From Wolbachia endosymbiont of Dirofilaria (Dirofilaria) immitis (GTDB lineage Bacteria; Pseudomonadota; Alphaproteobacteria; Rickettsiales; Anaplasmataceae): 32,000 nucleotides of DNA. Shown in pieces: positions 1 through 9,298 of the stretch. How positions within the stretch are numbered: position 1 is the stretch's first letter; each line of letters starts with the position of its first letter. The stretch covers positions 600,001 through 632,000 of the forward strand of contig NZ_CP046578.1 in assembly GCF_013365455.1 (NCBI RefSeq), written 5' to 3'. The notes under the pieces are model-generated. The model searched no databases. It was given only the letters and a program-made list of their open reading frames with translations, and was not told the origin of the DNA. The translations under genes and the position numbers were made by a program.

Positions 1-136
1 TTATAACTTCTATTAACACGGACACTTTACCACCACCGGAAATACCCTTAAATTCTTTCCCAACATATTTTTCTTGAGCTTCTACAAGCTTCTTTTGCAT
101 CTCTTGTGCTTGCCTCATTATTTGACTAAAATCCAC
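1..136 (-). CDS. ybaB: YbaB/EbfC family nucleoid-associated protein (N-terminal part; continues beyond window start)
   Basis: Minus-strand translation from GTG at 136 gives VDFSQIMRQAQEMQKKLVEAQEKYVGKEFKGISGGGKVSVLIEVI, the typical YbaB N-terminus. It lies 3 nt downstream of the dnaX stop, matching conserved dnaX-ybaB synteny. An alternative ATG start is at 118. Confidence 0.8.
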   Translation of the reverse strand, partial: MDFSQIMRQAQEMQKKLVEAQEKYVGKEFKGISGGGKVSVLIEVI

Positions 137-139
137 AAT

Positions 140-1624
140 TCACTCCTTACTCTCTATATTAACTATCTTTGCACCCTTAAACGTATCAAGTACATCTTTG
201 ACTGTAGGTACATAATTTAAGTTACTTATTTCTCTGTTCATATAACATACATCAACTGTAACCAACCATTGTTGCTGAGTCACCTGATCCAAGTAATTTT
301 TTAAGTCATTACAAAAATCACTACTCAATTGAGATATAGCTTTTAATCTTAAATATCCAGGTTTACAGTCTATTAATTGTAGATTACTACATAGCTGTTT
401 GTAAAGATAAATTTGATTATCCTGTCGCAATAGTTGTTGAATTTTATCAAAATCATAATTTTTTTGCCGTATACTCTCCATAGTACAGATATCCTTTTGC
501 TGTACATTTTGCGCAAGAACTTTTTTAACTACTTGCTCAGGAGAAGGCAAATCAGAAAGATAACAGAGACTGATGAGCATCATTTCAGCAGCAATATCAT
601 TACATGATGAAGTCTTTATAGTTTGAACTCCCTTGAGCAATACTTTCCATAGCCTCGAGAAAAAGATTAAAGACTTCTTTACACTTAAGTCTTTAATCTT
701 GTCTTTTCCACTTTCTAGCACTGAACTGTCAATCTCCTTTGTAATCAAAAAACGACATATTAACTGGATTGTTTGTAAAAGACTTTCAAAAATACTAAGT
801 GGATTCGCTATCTTTGTTGCTTTGTCAAATATCAATAAAGCTTTTTGCAAATCACTATCTAATAGTGCTTCCATTAAATCAAATACACTACCTTCATCTA
901 CCAAACCAAGTATTTCTATCACATCTTCAGTAGATATTAAGCTATCTTTACTATACAACATCGCTTGATTCATCAAAAATAAGGCGTTACGCATTGAATT
1001 GCTACAATGATGTGCAATTAACTCTGATGCTCTATTTTCAATCAAATAATTTTCTTTTTGTGCAATGTCATTTAAACGCTCTACTATTTTAGTTATAGGT
1101 ATTTTACATAAATCAAATCTTTGACAACGTGCAACAATAGTTATCGGCATCTTTTTTATTTCTGTAGTTGCCAAAATAAACTTTACGCTAGATGGTGGCT
1201 CTTCCAGGGTTTTAAGTAATGCATTAAACGCACTGCTCGATAACATATGCACTTCATCTATAATGTAAACTTTAAATTTAGAACTTATAGGTAAATAACA
1301 AACATCCTCTAATATTACTTTAATATCTTCGACACTAGTGTGACTTGCCGCATCGATTTCAATCACGTCTGAATGATTTGAGTTTTTTATCGCTAGACAA
1401 TTTTCACATGATCCACAAGGCTCAAAAGTTGGTCCTAAAGAACAATTCAAACATAAAGCTATTATTCTCGCTGTTGTAGTCTTACCAACTCCACTACTGC
1501 CAGAGAGTAATATAGATTGTGGAACCTTATTGAGAGTAAAAGCATTTTTTAGTACACGCACCAATATATCTTGACCTATCAAGTCTTTAAAACTATCAGG
1601 ACGATACTTTAATGCTATATTCAT
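140..1624 (-). CDS. dnaX: DNA polymerase III subunit gamma/tau
   Basis: Walker A motif GSSGVGKTT, a zinc-module-like CGSCENC, and DEVHMLS. The N-terminus MNIALKYRPDSFKDLIGQ is the canonical DnaX start. I moved the start from 1666 to the ATG at 1624 because 1653-1666 overlaps the SRP RNA. Confidence 0.9.
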   Translation of the reverse strand: MNIALKYRPDSFKDLIGQDILVRVLKNAFTLNKVPQSILLSGSSGVGKTTTARIIALCLNCSLGPTFEPCGSCENCLAIKNSNHSDVIEIDAASHTSVEDIKVILEDVCYLPISSKFKVYIIDEVHMLSSSAFNALLKTLEEPPSSVKFILATTEIKKMPITIVARCQRFDLCKIPITKIVERLNDIAQKENYLIENRASELIAHHCSNSMRNALFLMNQAMLYSKDSLISTEDVIEILGLVDEGSVFDLMEALLDSDLQKALLIFDKATKIANPLSIFESLLQTIQLICRFLITKEIDSSVLESGKDKIKDLSVKKSLIFFSRLWKVLLKGVQTIKTSSCNDIAAEMMLISLCYLSDLPSPEQVVKKVLAQNVQQKDICTMESIRQKNYDFDKIQQLLRQDNQIYLYKQLCSNLQLIDCKPGYLRLKAISQLSSDFCNDLKNYLDQVTQQQWLVTVDVCYMNREISNLNYVPTVKDVLDTFKGAKIVNIESKE

Positions 1625-1652
1625 GCCTCCAACTAAACCAAATAACAAGATA

Positions 1653-1731
1653 GGCATGCAACCCAAAAAAAAACTGATATGGCTGCTTCATTCCTGATCT
1701 GACCAAGTTACAGAGTTTTTGCCTGCATACC
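1653..1731 (-). ncRNA. ffs: Signal recognition particle RNA (4.5S/small SRP RNA); ends approximate
   Basis: The minus strand reads GGUAUGCAGGC...UUGGUCAGAUCAGGAAUGAAGCAGCCAUAUCAG...GGGUUGCAUGCC. The core GGUCAGAUCAGGAAUGAAGCAGCC matches the conserved domain IV motif, including the GGAA tetraloop. A terminal 8-bp helix forms between GGUAUGCA and UGCAUGCC. The position directly upstream of dnaX is the classic ffs location. Confidence 0.75.
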
Positions 1732-1966
1732 TTATAAAATATAATACTTTTTTTTTATTTAGCAAGGTATATTCTATATTAGCCCTATAATTTGATATAT
1801 TAATTTCTTTATAATGCTATTATAATAGTAAACAAAAAGTCAGTTTATCATGTAAGTTACCTAAGATTATTATTCTTATGTCCATTTACGTTATCCAATA
1901 CTCATCATTTATCATCCAAGTATTTATGACACCTAAGTTGTACTGGAACAGCAAGGGGAAAAGTTT

Positions 1967-2620
1967 ATGATTCTATATTACTTTCCTCTTTGTCCATTTT
2001 CACGAAAAGTTAGAGTCCTTCTCAAAGAGAAAAAGTTAAATTGTAATTTAATATATGAAAATCCATGGGAGAAACGCAATAAATTTATGAAGATTAACCC
2101 AACTGGATATGTACCAGTCCTGATAGATAAGGATTTAGTCATAGCAGATAGCAATGCTATTTGTGAATACCTAGAAGAAACTTATAACAGCAGTATTAAA
2201 TTGCTGGATTTTCCCGCTATTGTTAAGTCCAAAATACGGGCTTTAATTAGCTGGTTTGACAATAAATTTTATAATGAAGTCACTAAGTATATTATAAATG
2301 AGAAAGTGATAATTAACCGCAGTCCCGACTCTAGGTTCCTCCATGCAGCCAAGCACAATTTATCTTACCATATAGAATATATTGAATACTTAATCAGTAA
2401 AAATGTTTGGCTTGCAACCAATAAGTTCACTTTAGCTGACATTACTTTAGCGTCACATGTTTCTGTGATGGACTACGTAAATAGCTTCCCATGAGAAAAA
2501 AGTAAAGTTTTAAAAGAATGGTATTCTATTATCAAATCAAAACCTTGCTTTCGTGACATGCTATTAGAGAGAGTTCTCGGTTTGTCTCCTCCTAAACATT
2601 ATGCTGACCTTGATTTTTAA
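1967..2620 (+). pseudogene. Glutathione S-transferase family gene interrupted by one in-frame TGA (2492-2494); possibly expressed as a truncated 175-aa product
   Basis: GST N-terminal thioredoxin-like fold (YYFPLCPFSRKVRVLL, VPVLID). After the TGA the same frame stays open for 42 more codons (EKSKVLKEWYSIIKSKPCFRDMLLERVLGLSPPKHYADLDF*). This reads like a GST C-terminus and ends at TAA 2618-2620, giving 217 codons, a normal GST length. Confidence 0.65.
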
Positions 2621-2621
2621 T

Positions 2622-3269
2622 TCACATCAGCTTTAAAGCTACAGTCATTCCTTCATCCGTTGGAATCAACATAGAGTAATATCTTTTTTCGTCTGACAAC
2701 CTATAATTAAATTCTCTCATAGCATACCATGATTTTTCTGATACTTTTTTTGGAGGTGATTCCAAAAATACCGTATTAAACAATAGAGTATTATCAGCAA
2801 CAATTAGTCCGTCTTGTTTAATATATAGCTCTGCCCAATCTAAGTATTTAGGATAATCACTCTTATTAGCATCGATAAATATCATGTCAAACGGTGCTTG
2901 TGTTGATAACTCGCTCAATTTTTCTGATGCGTTGCCTTCTATTAAAGTAATTTTATTATTCAGATTAAAAGCACTAAAATTCTTCCTTGCTATACTTGAG
3001 TGCTCAAAATTACTTTCTACCGTGTATATATGACCATACTCAGGCAGAGCTTTTGCCATACAAATTGATGAATAACCATACAATGTACCAATTTCAACAA
3101 CACTGCTTACTCTGTGTATTTTTATGAATAAACTAAGTAGTTTTCCTTCTTCAGCACTAATTTGACTGTGTTTCTTGCTTTCAAGAATGCAACATTCCTC
3201 TATCTTCCTATACTCCTTTACAAATAAGTCCCTTATGTACGATGATTTCACAGAGCCATTACGTGCCAT
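2622..3269 (-). CDS. Class I SAM-dependent O-methyltransferase (family 3, caffeoyl-CoA OMT-like)
   Basis: SAM-binding motif VVEIGTLYGYSS and the downstream IFIDANKSDY motif. Length of 215 aa is typical of the family. Confidence 0.85.
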   Translation of the reverse strand: MARNGSVKSSYIRDLFVKEYRKIEECCILESKKHSQISAEEGKLLSLFIKIHRVSSVVEIGTLYGYSSICMAKALPEYGHIYTVESNFEHSSIARKNFSAFNLNNKITLIEGNASEKLSELSTQAPFDMIFIDANKSDYPKYLDWAELYIKQDGLIVADNTLLFNTVFLESPPKKVSEKSWYAMREFNYRLSDEKRYYSMLIPTDEGMTVALKLM

Positions 3270-3452
3270 ATTTCATACTAAAAATTCAACTCATATAGAG
3301 TATATACTAGCTTGAGATAATAAAAACATCTACCTTAGGTTACTATTTCACAGCGTAAAATTTTAAGTGACAAAAATTATTATATATAATATTATAATTA
3401 ACTAGTATAACAGTTGATCGATTGTTGTACTAGAATTAAAGAGGCTGCTCAC

Positions 3453-3785
3453 ATGCATCTTTCTTTATTAAAAAATAATTTTTATTTATATCAATTAGAG
3501 GGGTATATGTCTTATAATATTGCTAGTGAAGTTGAACCTTCAAATAAAAAATCTAACAAAGACGAAGGGGTTGCATTACTACATAACCCAGCCTATCGTG
3601 AGAAATATAGGGAACGTTTTGATGAAGCTCAGAAGAAAGTTATGGATATGGTTCAGTTTTATGATGGAACAATAATGCTAATAGAAAATAAAATTGCTAT
3701 GTATTACTATGCATGGCACAGTAAAAAAAGAGAGTTTGAGCGCAAAAAACAGCAAGCAGTAATAAAAAACGACGGACCAACATAG
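3453..3785 (+). CDS. Hypothetical protein (no recognisable domain)
   Basis: Open frame with two plausible starts: ATG 3453 preceded by AAAGAGG, and ATG 3507 preceded by GAGGGG. The TTG at 3414 used by the ORF track has no ribosome-binding site. No family recognised. Confidence 0.45.
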   Translation: MHLSLLKNNFYLYQLEGYMSYNIASEVEPSNKKSNKDEGVALLHNPAYREKYRERFDEAQKKVMDMVQFYDGTIMLIENKIAMYYYAWHSKKREFERKKQQAVIKNDGPT

Positions 3786-3823
3786 TGGCCTTTTATGTGA
3801 TAAGCTACAGTGGTATTACCTCA

Positions 3824-4516
3824 CTATAGCTTTTTCACATAACTATCTATTATACTAGCTAAGTACTCTAGTGTTTTATACCCTTCGTGTTTAATTTTGT
3901 CATGCTCTACATACAATTTATCATTGGTAGGCCTGATAAAAAATATTGGAGTACCTGTAATGCCAAGCTTATTGATTGCCAGTGACTTATCACTTATAAC
4001 TTTATCCATTATTTTCTTATCATTGATGCATTGGTTAAACGTATCTTGCTTTAAATTACTTAGTGCAGCAACTTTTTGTAATACAGTTAAGTCATTAAAG
4101 TTAGAGTAGTTCCATGAATCTATTAAATTAAAAACAGCTTTATTAAAATTAAAATAGTCTTCTGTTCTTTCGTAACAATAACTTAGCATTGCAGCTTTTA
4201 AGCCTCTATAATCCATAGGGAAATGACGGAATATATATAACATTTTTCCTGTATCTACATATTTCTTTTTAATCTTAGGAAAAACTTCCTTATGAAAAAG
4301 ATAACAGTGGTAGCAGGTAAGCGAAGCATACTCAATCATCAAAATCGGTGCTTTTGGATCCCCTAATAATTTATCATCAGGCAAAGGTGATAGTAGCTCC
4401 TTTGGTGTTATCTCACTAGTCTTTCGAGTGCACTGATCGTCAAATAAGTCTTGCTCAACAAGAGCATAAGAATCAACACTTATTAAAATTAACGCAAACA
4501 CCAGCCTGAAGATCAT
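3824..4516 (-). CDS. DsbA-family thiol:disulfide oxidoreductase, secreted/periplasmic
   Basis: N-terminal signal peptide (MIFRLVFALILISVDSYA). CxxC active site in thioredoxin context (YASLTCYHCYLFH). C-terminal GTPIFF motif typical of DsbA-like proteins. Confidence 0.85.
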   Translation of the reverse strand: MIFRLVFALILISVDSYALVEQDLFDDQCTRKTSEITPKELLSPLPDDKLLGDPKAPILMIEYASLTCYHCYLFHKEVFPKIKKKYVDTGKMLYIFRHFPMDYRGLKAAMLSYCYERTEDYFNFNKAVFNLIDSWNYSNFNDLTVLQKVAALSNLKQDTFNQCINDKKIMDKVISDKSLAINKLGITGTPIFFIRPTNDKLYVEHDKIKHEGYKTLEYLASIIDSYVKKL

Positions 4517-5328
4517 TGCAATACAAATATTAACTAACTAAAAACTATATATTTATATAAATAATGTCAAGATAACTTTTAACCAGTAAGGCTTTTGACT
4601 CTATTTTTGAATGCAGCAATTACTTTCTTTGCATATATCCATATATTAGGCTTAATAAAGTCAAAAGTAAGCTAGATTTGATTTAAACTTAAATTCCATA
4701 TAAAACTTCACCACGGTTTTATTCTCATTTATAAAAATAAATTTTTATCCGTTGTACAAATATTCAAATATTCTATTTGCTAATACAACTTTTTTCAACA
4801 TTCATTTATTTTACCTGGAGAAAGAAAGATTATCTCTAATATGTCACTGACTTTAATACCATAAAAAGCTGCTAGTAAATCCATAACCATTTGGCTGTGA
4901 CGATTCCTTATATAAATAGCTTTACACTAAGAAATAAAACCGGTCACTTCTTAACTTAATTATAACCTGAAACATACTGCTAGCTGAATAGAGAAAAAAT
5001 ATCTTATTCTCCACATCGGTAGAGCATAAACCTAATTAACTGAGTAGAATCCGTATCTATCGTCAGCCCTAGTAGATTCCTGAGACATGAAGTTAAGGTG
5101 GGCATCACATACTAACTTTAACAAAATTAATAGAGGCAATTCCCTTGACTAGAAATTATCGCTCGGGAAACTTAACTCAACTAATAACGCATAGAACAGA
5201 TTCTCATAAGTATAGCTAATTTTTATAAGTCATGTCCATAAGCACATTGTAATTAACAATAAAATTAACTATCATTTAACTCTTGTTAAACTTTATGTCC
5301 TAAGTGTTACAGTCAATAAATATATTTT

Positions 5329-5919
5329 ATGAACATCACTAAAGCTTTAATCATCATTGTTTCCACTATCATTTCTTTAAGAGCCTACACTAACTGTACA
5401 GACCATAAAATTTTTGTGCATTCTATAAAGCAACAAGTAGATGGAACATCTATAAAGGAAAATAAAAAAAATCGAGAATACATATGTAAAAAACTTCAGG
5501 AGATTATTCAAAATAATGTTAACCTCAAGGAAATATCCCAGTTTGTTATTGGAAAACATTGGACTTTAATTACTCAGAGAGAAAGAGAAAATTTCTTAAG
5601 AGAATATGAAGCATATTTTACACATTTATGCGCTAAAATTTTATATAAATACATAAACGGTAGCGAAATGAACATAATTAGCTCAAAAGCAATTGATGAT
5701 AGAACTTGCTTAATTAACACAAGATTTTCCTATAGCGATGAAGAATTTACTAATATTGACTTCAAAGTTACTAAAAATAACAACTCCTTCTTAATAAACG
5801 ATATTGTAATGAACGCTATAAGTATTTCTATTAATCAACGCTCTAAATTCAGTGAGAAAATTGATACATATGGTATAACAAATGTTATTAATGAATTAAA
5901 ATTTAACAATAATCTATGA
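5329..5919 (+). CDS. mlaC: MlaC/Ttg2D-family (toluene tolerance) phospholipid-binding periplasmic protein
   Basis: Signal peptide, then FVIGKHWTLITQRERENFLREYEAYF...FLINDIVMNAISISINQRSKF. This matches the MlaC family pattern (GrhWr..t..qr..F...F ... Dv.veGvS....Rs.F) as I recall it. It overlaps folC by 4 nt (ATGA). Confidence 0.7.
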   Translation: MNITKALIIIVSTIISLRAYTNCTDHKIFVHSIKQQVDGTSIKENKKNREYICKKLQEIIQNNVNLKEISQFVIGKHWTLITQRERENFLREYEAYFTHLCAKILYKYINGSEMNIISSKAIDDRTCLINTRFSYSDEEFTNIDFKVTKNNNSFLINDIVMNAISISINQRSKFSEKIDTYGITNVINELKFNNNL

Positions 5920-7217
5920 TATATATGCCTCATTGGCCAAAACCACTTGGCAGCAGACCAAAGGATTTTTCTCTTAAGCGCATAAAAAGTTTTCTAAATA
6001 AGCTAGGGAACCCTGAGAGAAAAATGCCCCCAGTAATTCACATAGCTGGAACTAACGGAAAAGGTTCAACATTGTCATTTATAAGGTACATGCTGCAGGC
6101 AGCAAAGTACAAGGTACATGCATATACTTCTCCACATTTAGTAAATTTTAATGAAAGAATAGTTGTCGCAGGCAGTTATATTGACGACAATGAATTACAT
6201 AACTTACTAGAAGAGTGCCGCAGTGTAATTGTAGATCAACCTATCACTTTATTTGAAGCTACAACTGTTGCAGCTTTCTTAGTCTTTTCTCGCTATAAAG
6301 CTGATGTTACTTTAATCGAAGTGGGCATGGGTGGAAGGTTAGATGCAACAAATACTATAGATAACCCAATTTTAACAATCGTTACTTCCATTGCACTCGA
6401 CCATGCAAAATACCTCGGCCCTACTTTAGAGATTATAGCAGGTGAAAAAGCTGGAATAATGAAATGTGATGTTCCTTGTATAATAGCACCACAGAAAAAA
6501 TCTATAATGAATACACTAGAACGTTGTGCAATAAACAACAGGTCCCCTTTATTTAGAGGTGGCTTCGAGTGGGATTGTAAAAAACAGAACAGCAAAATGA
6601 CTTTTCAATCAGCTATTCAATCGATAAAATTCCCTTTGCCGTCTTTAGAGGGCAATCATCAAATAATCAATGCAGGAAATGCTATCGCAGCATGTAGCAT
6701 TTTGAGTGGAAAGTACGGGTTTGATATTGGAAAAGAGGATATCACTTTAGGGCTACAACATACCTACTGGCCTGGACGATTAGAACTCATAAAAAAAGGC
6801 AATTTAATTTCTTTATTACCGAAAAATTGGCAATTATTTTTAGATGGTGCACACAACAGTGATGGTGCAAGAGTATTAGCTGAGTGGATAAAAGATAATT
6901 TTGCTGAAGGCATCTATATAATTTTTGGTATTACGCGTAACAGAAGTGTAGAAGAGTTCTTAGAATACTTAAAACCATATATCAAATTATTATGTGTAGT
7001 TTGTGTAAAATCTGAGCCCGAATCAATAAATACACGTTCAATCAGAAAGAGAGCCAACAATATAGGAATAAATGCTATTGAATGTAAGTCAATTAGCGAT
7101 GCTATATTAAATCACATACTAAAAGCCTCTGTTCAAAATATCAAAACCATATTAATTTGTGGTTCATTATTTTTAGCCAGAGATTTTGCTATGGAGAATA
7201 GCTATAACTTCATATAA
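5916..7217 (+). CDS. folC: Bifunctional folylpolyglutamate synthase/dihydrofolate synthase
   Basis: Mur-ligase P-loop HIAGTNGKGST, SPHLVNFNERI, IEVGMGGRLDATN and LDGAHN motifs. Length is 433 aa. Confidence 0.9.
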   Translation: MIYMPHWPKPLGSRPKDFSLKRIKSFLNKLGNPERKMPPVIHIAGTNGKGSTLSFIRYMLQAAKYKVHAYTSPHLVNFNERIVVAGSYIDDNELHNLLEECRSVIVDQPITLFEATTVAAFLVFSRYKADVTLIEVGMGGRLDATNTIDNPILTIVTSIALDHAKYLGPTLEIIAGEKAGIMKCDVPCIIAPQKKSIMNTLERCAINNRSPLFRGGFEWDCKKQNSKMTFQSAIQSIKFPLPSLEGNHQIINAGNAIAACSILSGKYGFDIGKEDITLGLQHTYWPGRLELIKKGNLISLLPKNWQLFLDGAHNSDGARVLAEWIKDNFAEGIYIIFGITRNRSVEEFLEYLKPYIKLLCVVCVKSEPESINTRSIRKRANNIGINAIECKSISDAILNHILKASVQNIKTILICGSLFLARDFAMENSYNFI

Positions 7218-8134
7218 ATAATAACTTACAGCTCAAAAAATAATTTCTATCTCTTATAGAAATACTACTTGGTAATTTTTCATCAATTTCTACAAGAAAA
7301 TAATCCCTTGAAATTGTTTCTCAATTAAATTTATAACTATTTTCTCGACACAATCATAATCAACTGCAGCTACTTAAACACAGCGATATAACAACTAAAG
7401 TAGCAACCAAAATATCTAAAGCAGAGCTAGCGAAATTAAAACTATTACAGCTAAAATTAATCCCATAACGTAAAGTACTAAAGACATAAAAATTACTTTA
7501 CCTAAGACAATCGAGTTCTTCAGCCACTTAACTTAATCTCATCACTTTTTAAAAATTTCTCCATACTTGGTTAAAGTCAAACAATAGTGAAGGAAACTAA
7601 TACTTAGTTAAATTCATTTCTGTTTTGAAGATAAATGCTCTTAATGACTGAGTTTAAAACGAAACTTACTATAAGGAAGGGAAGAAAAGTTATAGTGCTA
7701 TGATAGGCTATAAGTAACACTATTATTTACAAAAATTCAATAGATAATGAAAATTATAACCCTCTCAGAAAAAAGGAAATAAGAAGAATACTTGGAGCAA
7801 GCAATATACTATTGTTAATGTTAATTAGCTGCTCTTTATTAAAGAATTTACCTTTACTACTTTATTATCTAGAAGTTTTATAATTCTTAGTAATCATAGT
7901 TACGTAACTTATCATGTAACTTTTTTACCAAATTATTTTTCTACCAAGTACTATTTTCCAATAGCTCTATTATAAATTCTTTAAAAAATAGCTTTTTGAC
8001 ACAGCAAACTTTAAATTTCTGCTCTATTTCCTTATTATTTATTTTCTATCCAAGTGACCTTCAAGAATTGTTTTTGTCATAAATTTTCCCTATAAGAACT
8101 ATATTTTTCCCTAGAGGAAAGCTATATTGTAACC

Positions 8135-9298
8135 ATGAACAATATAATTGTAAAAAAATTTGGTGGTACTTCATTGACCGATTTAAATCGAGTTGCAAAC
8201 TTAATAAAAAAAGATGTCGAAAAAGGTTACAACGTAATCGTTGTTGTTTCTGCTATCGCAGGATTTACCGACCAAATGGCTCTTCAGGCTAGACAAATCT
8301 CAAATTTAAATCACAGAGGAGAATTATCAGAATATGATGTTCTACTCTCAGCAGGAGAACAGACTTCTTGCGGACTACTAGCAATCACTCTTCAATCTAT
8401 TGGAGTGAATGCTAAATCGTGGCTTGCTTGGCAGTTACCAATCATAACTGATGATCTTCATTCTGAGTCTAAAATAAAAACAATAAAGATCGATCCTTTA
8501 AAAAGATCTTTTGCCGAAGGCTATACTGTTGCAATTATTGCTGGTTTTCAGGGCATACATGATAATAGAATCACTACTTTCGGCAGAGGAGGCTCTGATA
8601 TATCAGCAATTGCCCTTGCAGTAGTTTTTAATGTCAAAGTTTGCGAAATTTTTACTGATATCGACGGAATATATATAGCCAATCCGAAAATCGTTCCAAA
8701 AGCACACAAGCTTAAGTCTGTTTCTTATGATGAAATGTTGGAGATGTCAGTATCTGGTGCTAAAATACTGCATAATCGTTCAGTACAACTTGCAATGAAA
8801 CATAATATTAAAATACAAGTGTTATCTACTTTTAAAGAGGTAGAAGGAACTGTAGTACTGCATGAAAAAGATGTATTAGAGAGATATATAATCACCGGAA
8901 TAACTTATAGTATTAATGAAGTCCTTGTAACTTTTACTAACCTTACAAGTGCCTTACATATTTTACAGGATATAGTAAAGGCAAACATTAAAATTAATAT
9001 GATACATGGGTCAGACTTTGTGATTTCAGAGCTTGATATCGATCTAATAAAAGAACTACTGAGCAAAAACGGAAATTATGTTATAAATAGTAATATAGCC
9101 AGAATTTCAATAATTGGCATTGGCGTTATGTCTAATACTGAAGTGATACATCGCACATTTAAGGTCTTAGGCAAAAAAAACATAGAAGTACTTGCTGTCA
9201 CAGCATCTGAAATCAAAATCAGTATAATTATACCAAAAAAATATGCTGAAGCTTTAGTTAGAGATTTATATACTGAGTTGGTATGTAACACTAGATAG
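8135..9298 (+). CDS. lysC: Aspartate kinase
   Basis: N-terminal VKKFGGTSL, VVVSA, TTFGRGGSD and TDIDGIY motifs, plus C-terminal ACT-like repeats. Confidence 0.9.
   Translation: MNNIIVKKFGGTSLTDLNRVANLIKKDVEKGYNVIVVVSAIAGFTDQMALQARQISNLNHRGELSEYDVLLSAGEQTSCGLLAITLQSIGVNAKSWLAWQLPIITDDLHSESKIKTIKIDPLKRSFAEGYTVAIIAGFQGIHDNRITTFGRGGSDISAIALAVVFNVKVCEIFTDIDGIYIANPKIVPKAHKLKSVSYDEMLEMSVSGAKILHNRSVQLAMKHNIKIQVLSTFKEVEGTVVLHEKDVLERYIITGITYSINEVLVTFTNLTSALHILQDIVKANIKINMIHGSDFVISELDIDLIKELLSKNGNYVINSNIARISIIGIGVMSNTEVIHRTFKVLGKKNIEVLAVTASEIKISIIIPKKYAEALVRDLYTELVCNTR

Noticed and set aside
633-968. Antisense or overlapping track ORFs inside well-supported genes: 633-968, 3897-4109, 5377-5559, 6293-6595, 9076-9291, 10910-11170, 11633-11863, 13137-13328, 15217-15534, 15915-16151, 15993-16184, 17082-17267, 17563-17784, 18319-18600, 20986-21276, 21364-21669, 21817-22008, 22110-22364, 22566-22772, 23193-23390, 26999-27223, 28178-28465, 28915-29196, 30482-30862
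   Set aside because: They lie opposite to, or out of frame with, genes that have strong family motifs. They have low-complexity or odd composition, with no ribosome-binding sites or recognisable domains. These are typical shadow ORFs.
1625-1666. N-terminal extension of dnaX in the ORF track (MGCMPILLFGLVGG...)
   Set aside because: It overlaps the SRP RNA helix. The canonical DnaX N-terminus (MNIALKYRP) starts at ATG 1624.
2492-2494. Genome-wide UGA-to-Trp recoding as an explanation for the GST stop
   Set aside because: TGA terminates dnaX (140-142) and the O-methyltransferase (2622-2624) at positions matching normal protein ends. Long genes here also contain no other in-frame TGA.
4517-5328. 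Possible (two-piece) tmRNA in the spacer
   Set aside because: I found no T-arm/acceptor ending in CCA, no GGGG 5' acceptor strand, and no tag ORF ending in ..LAA/..VAA on either strand.
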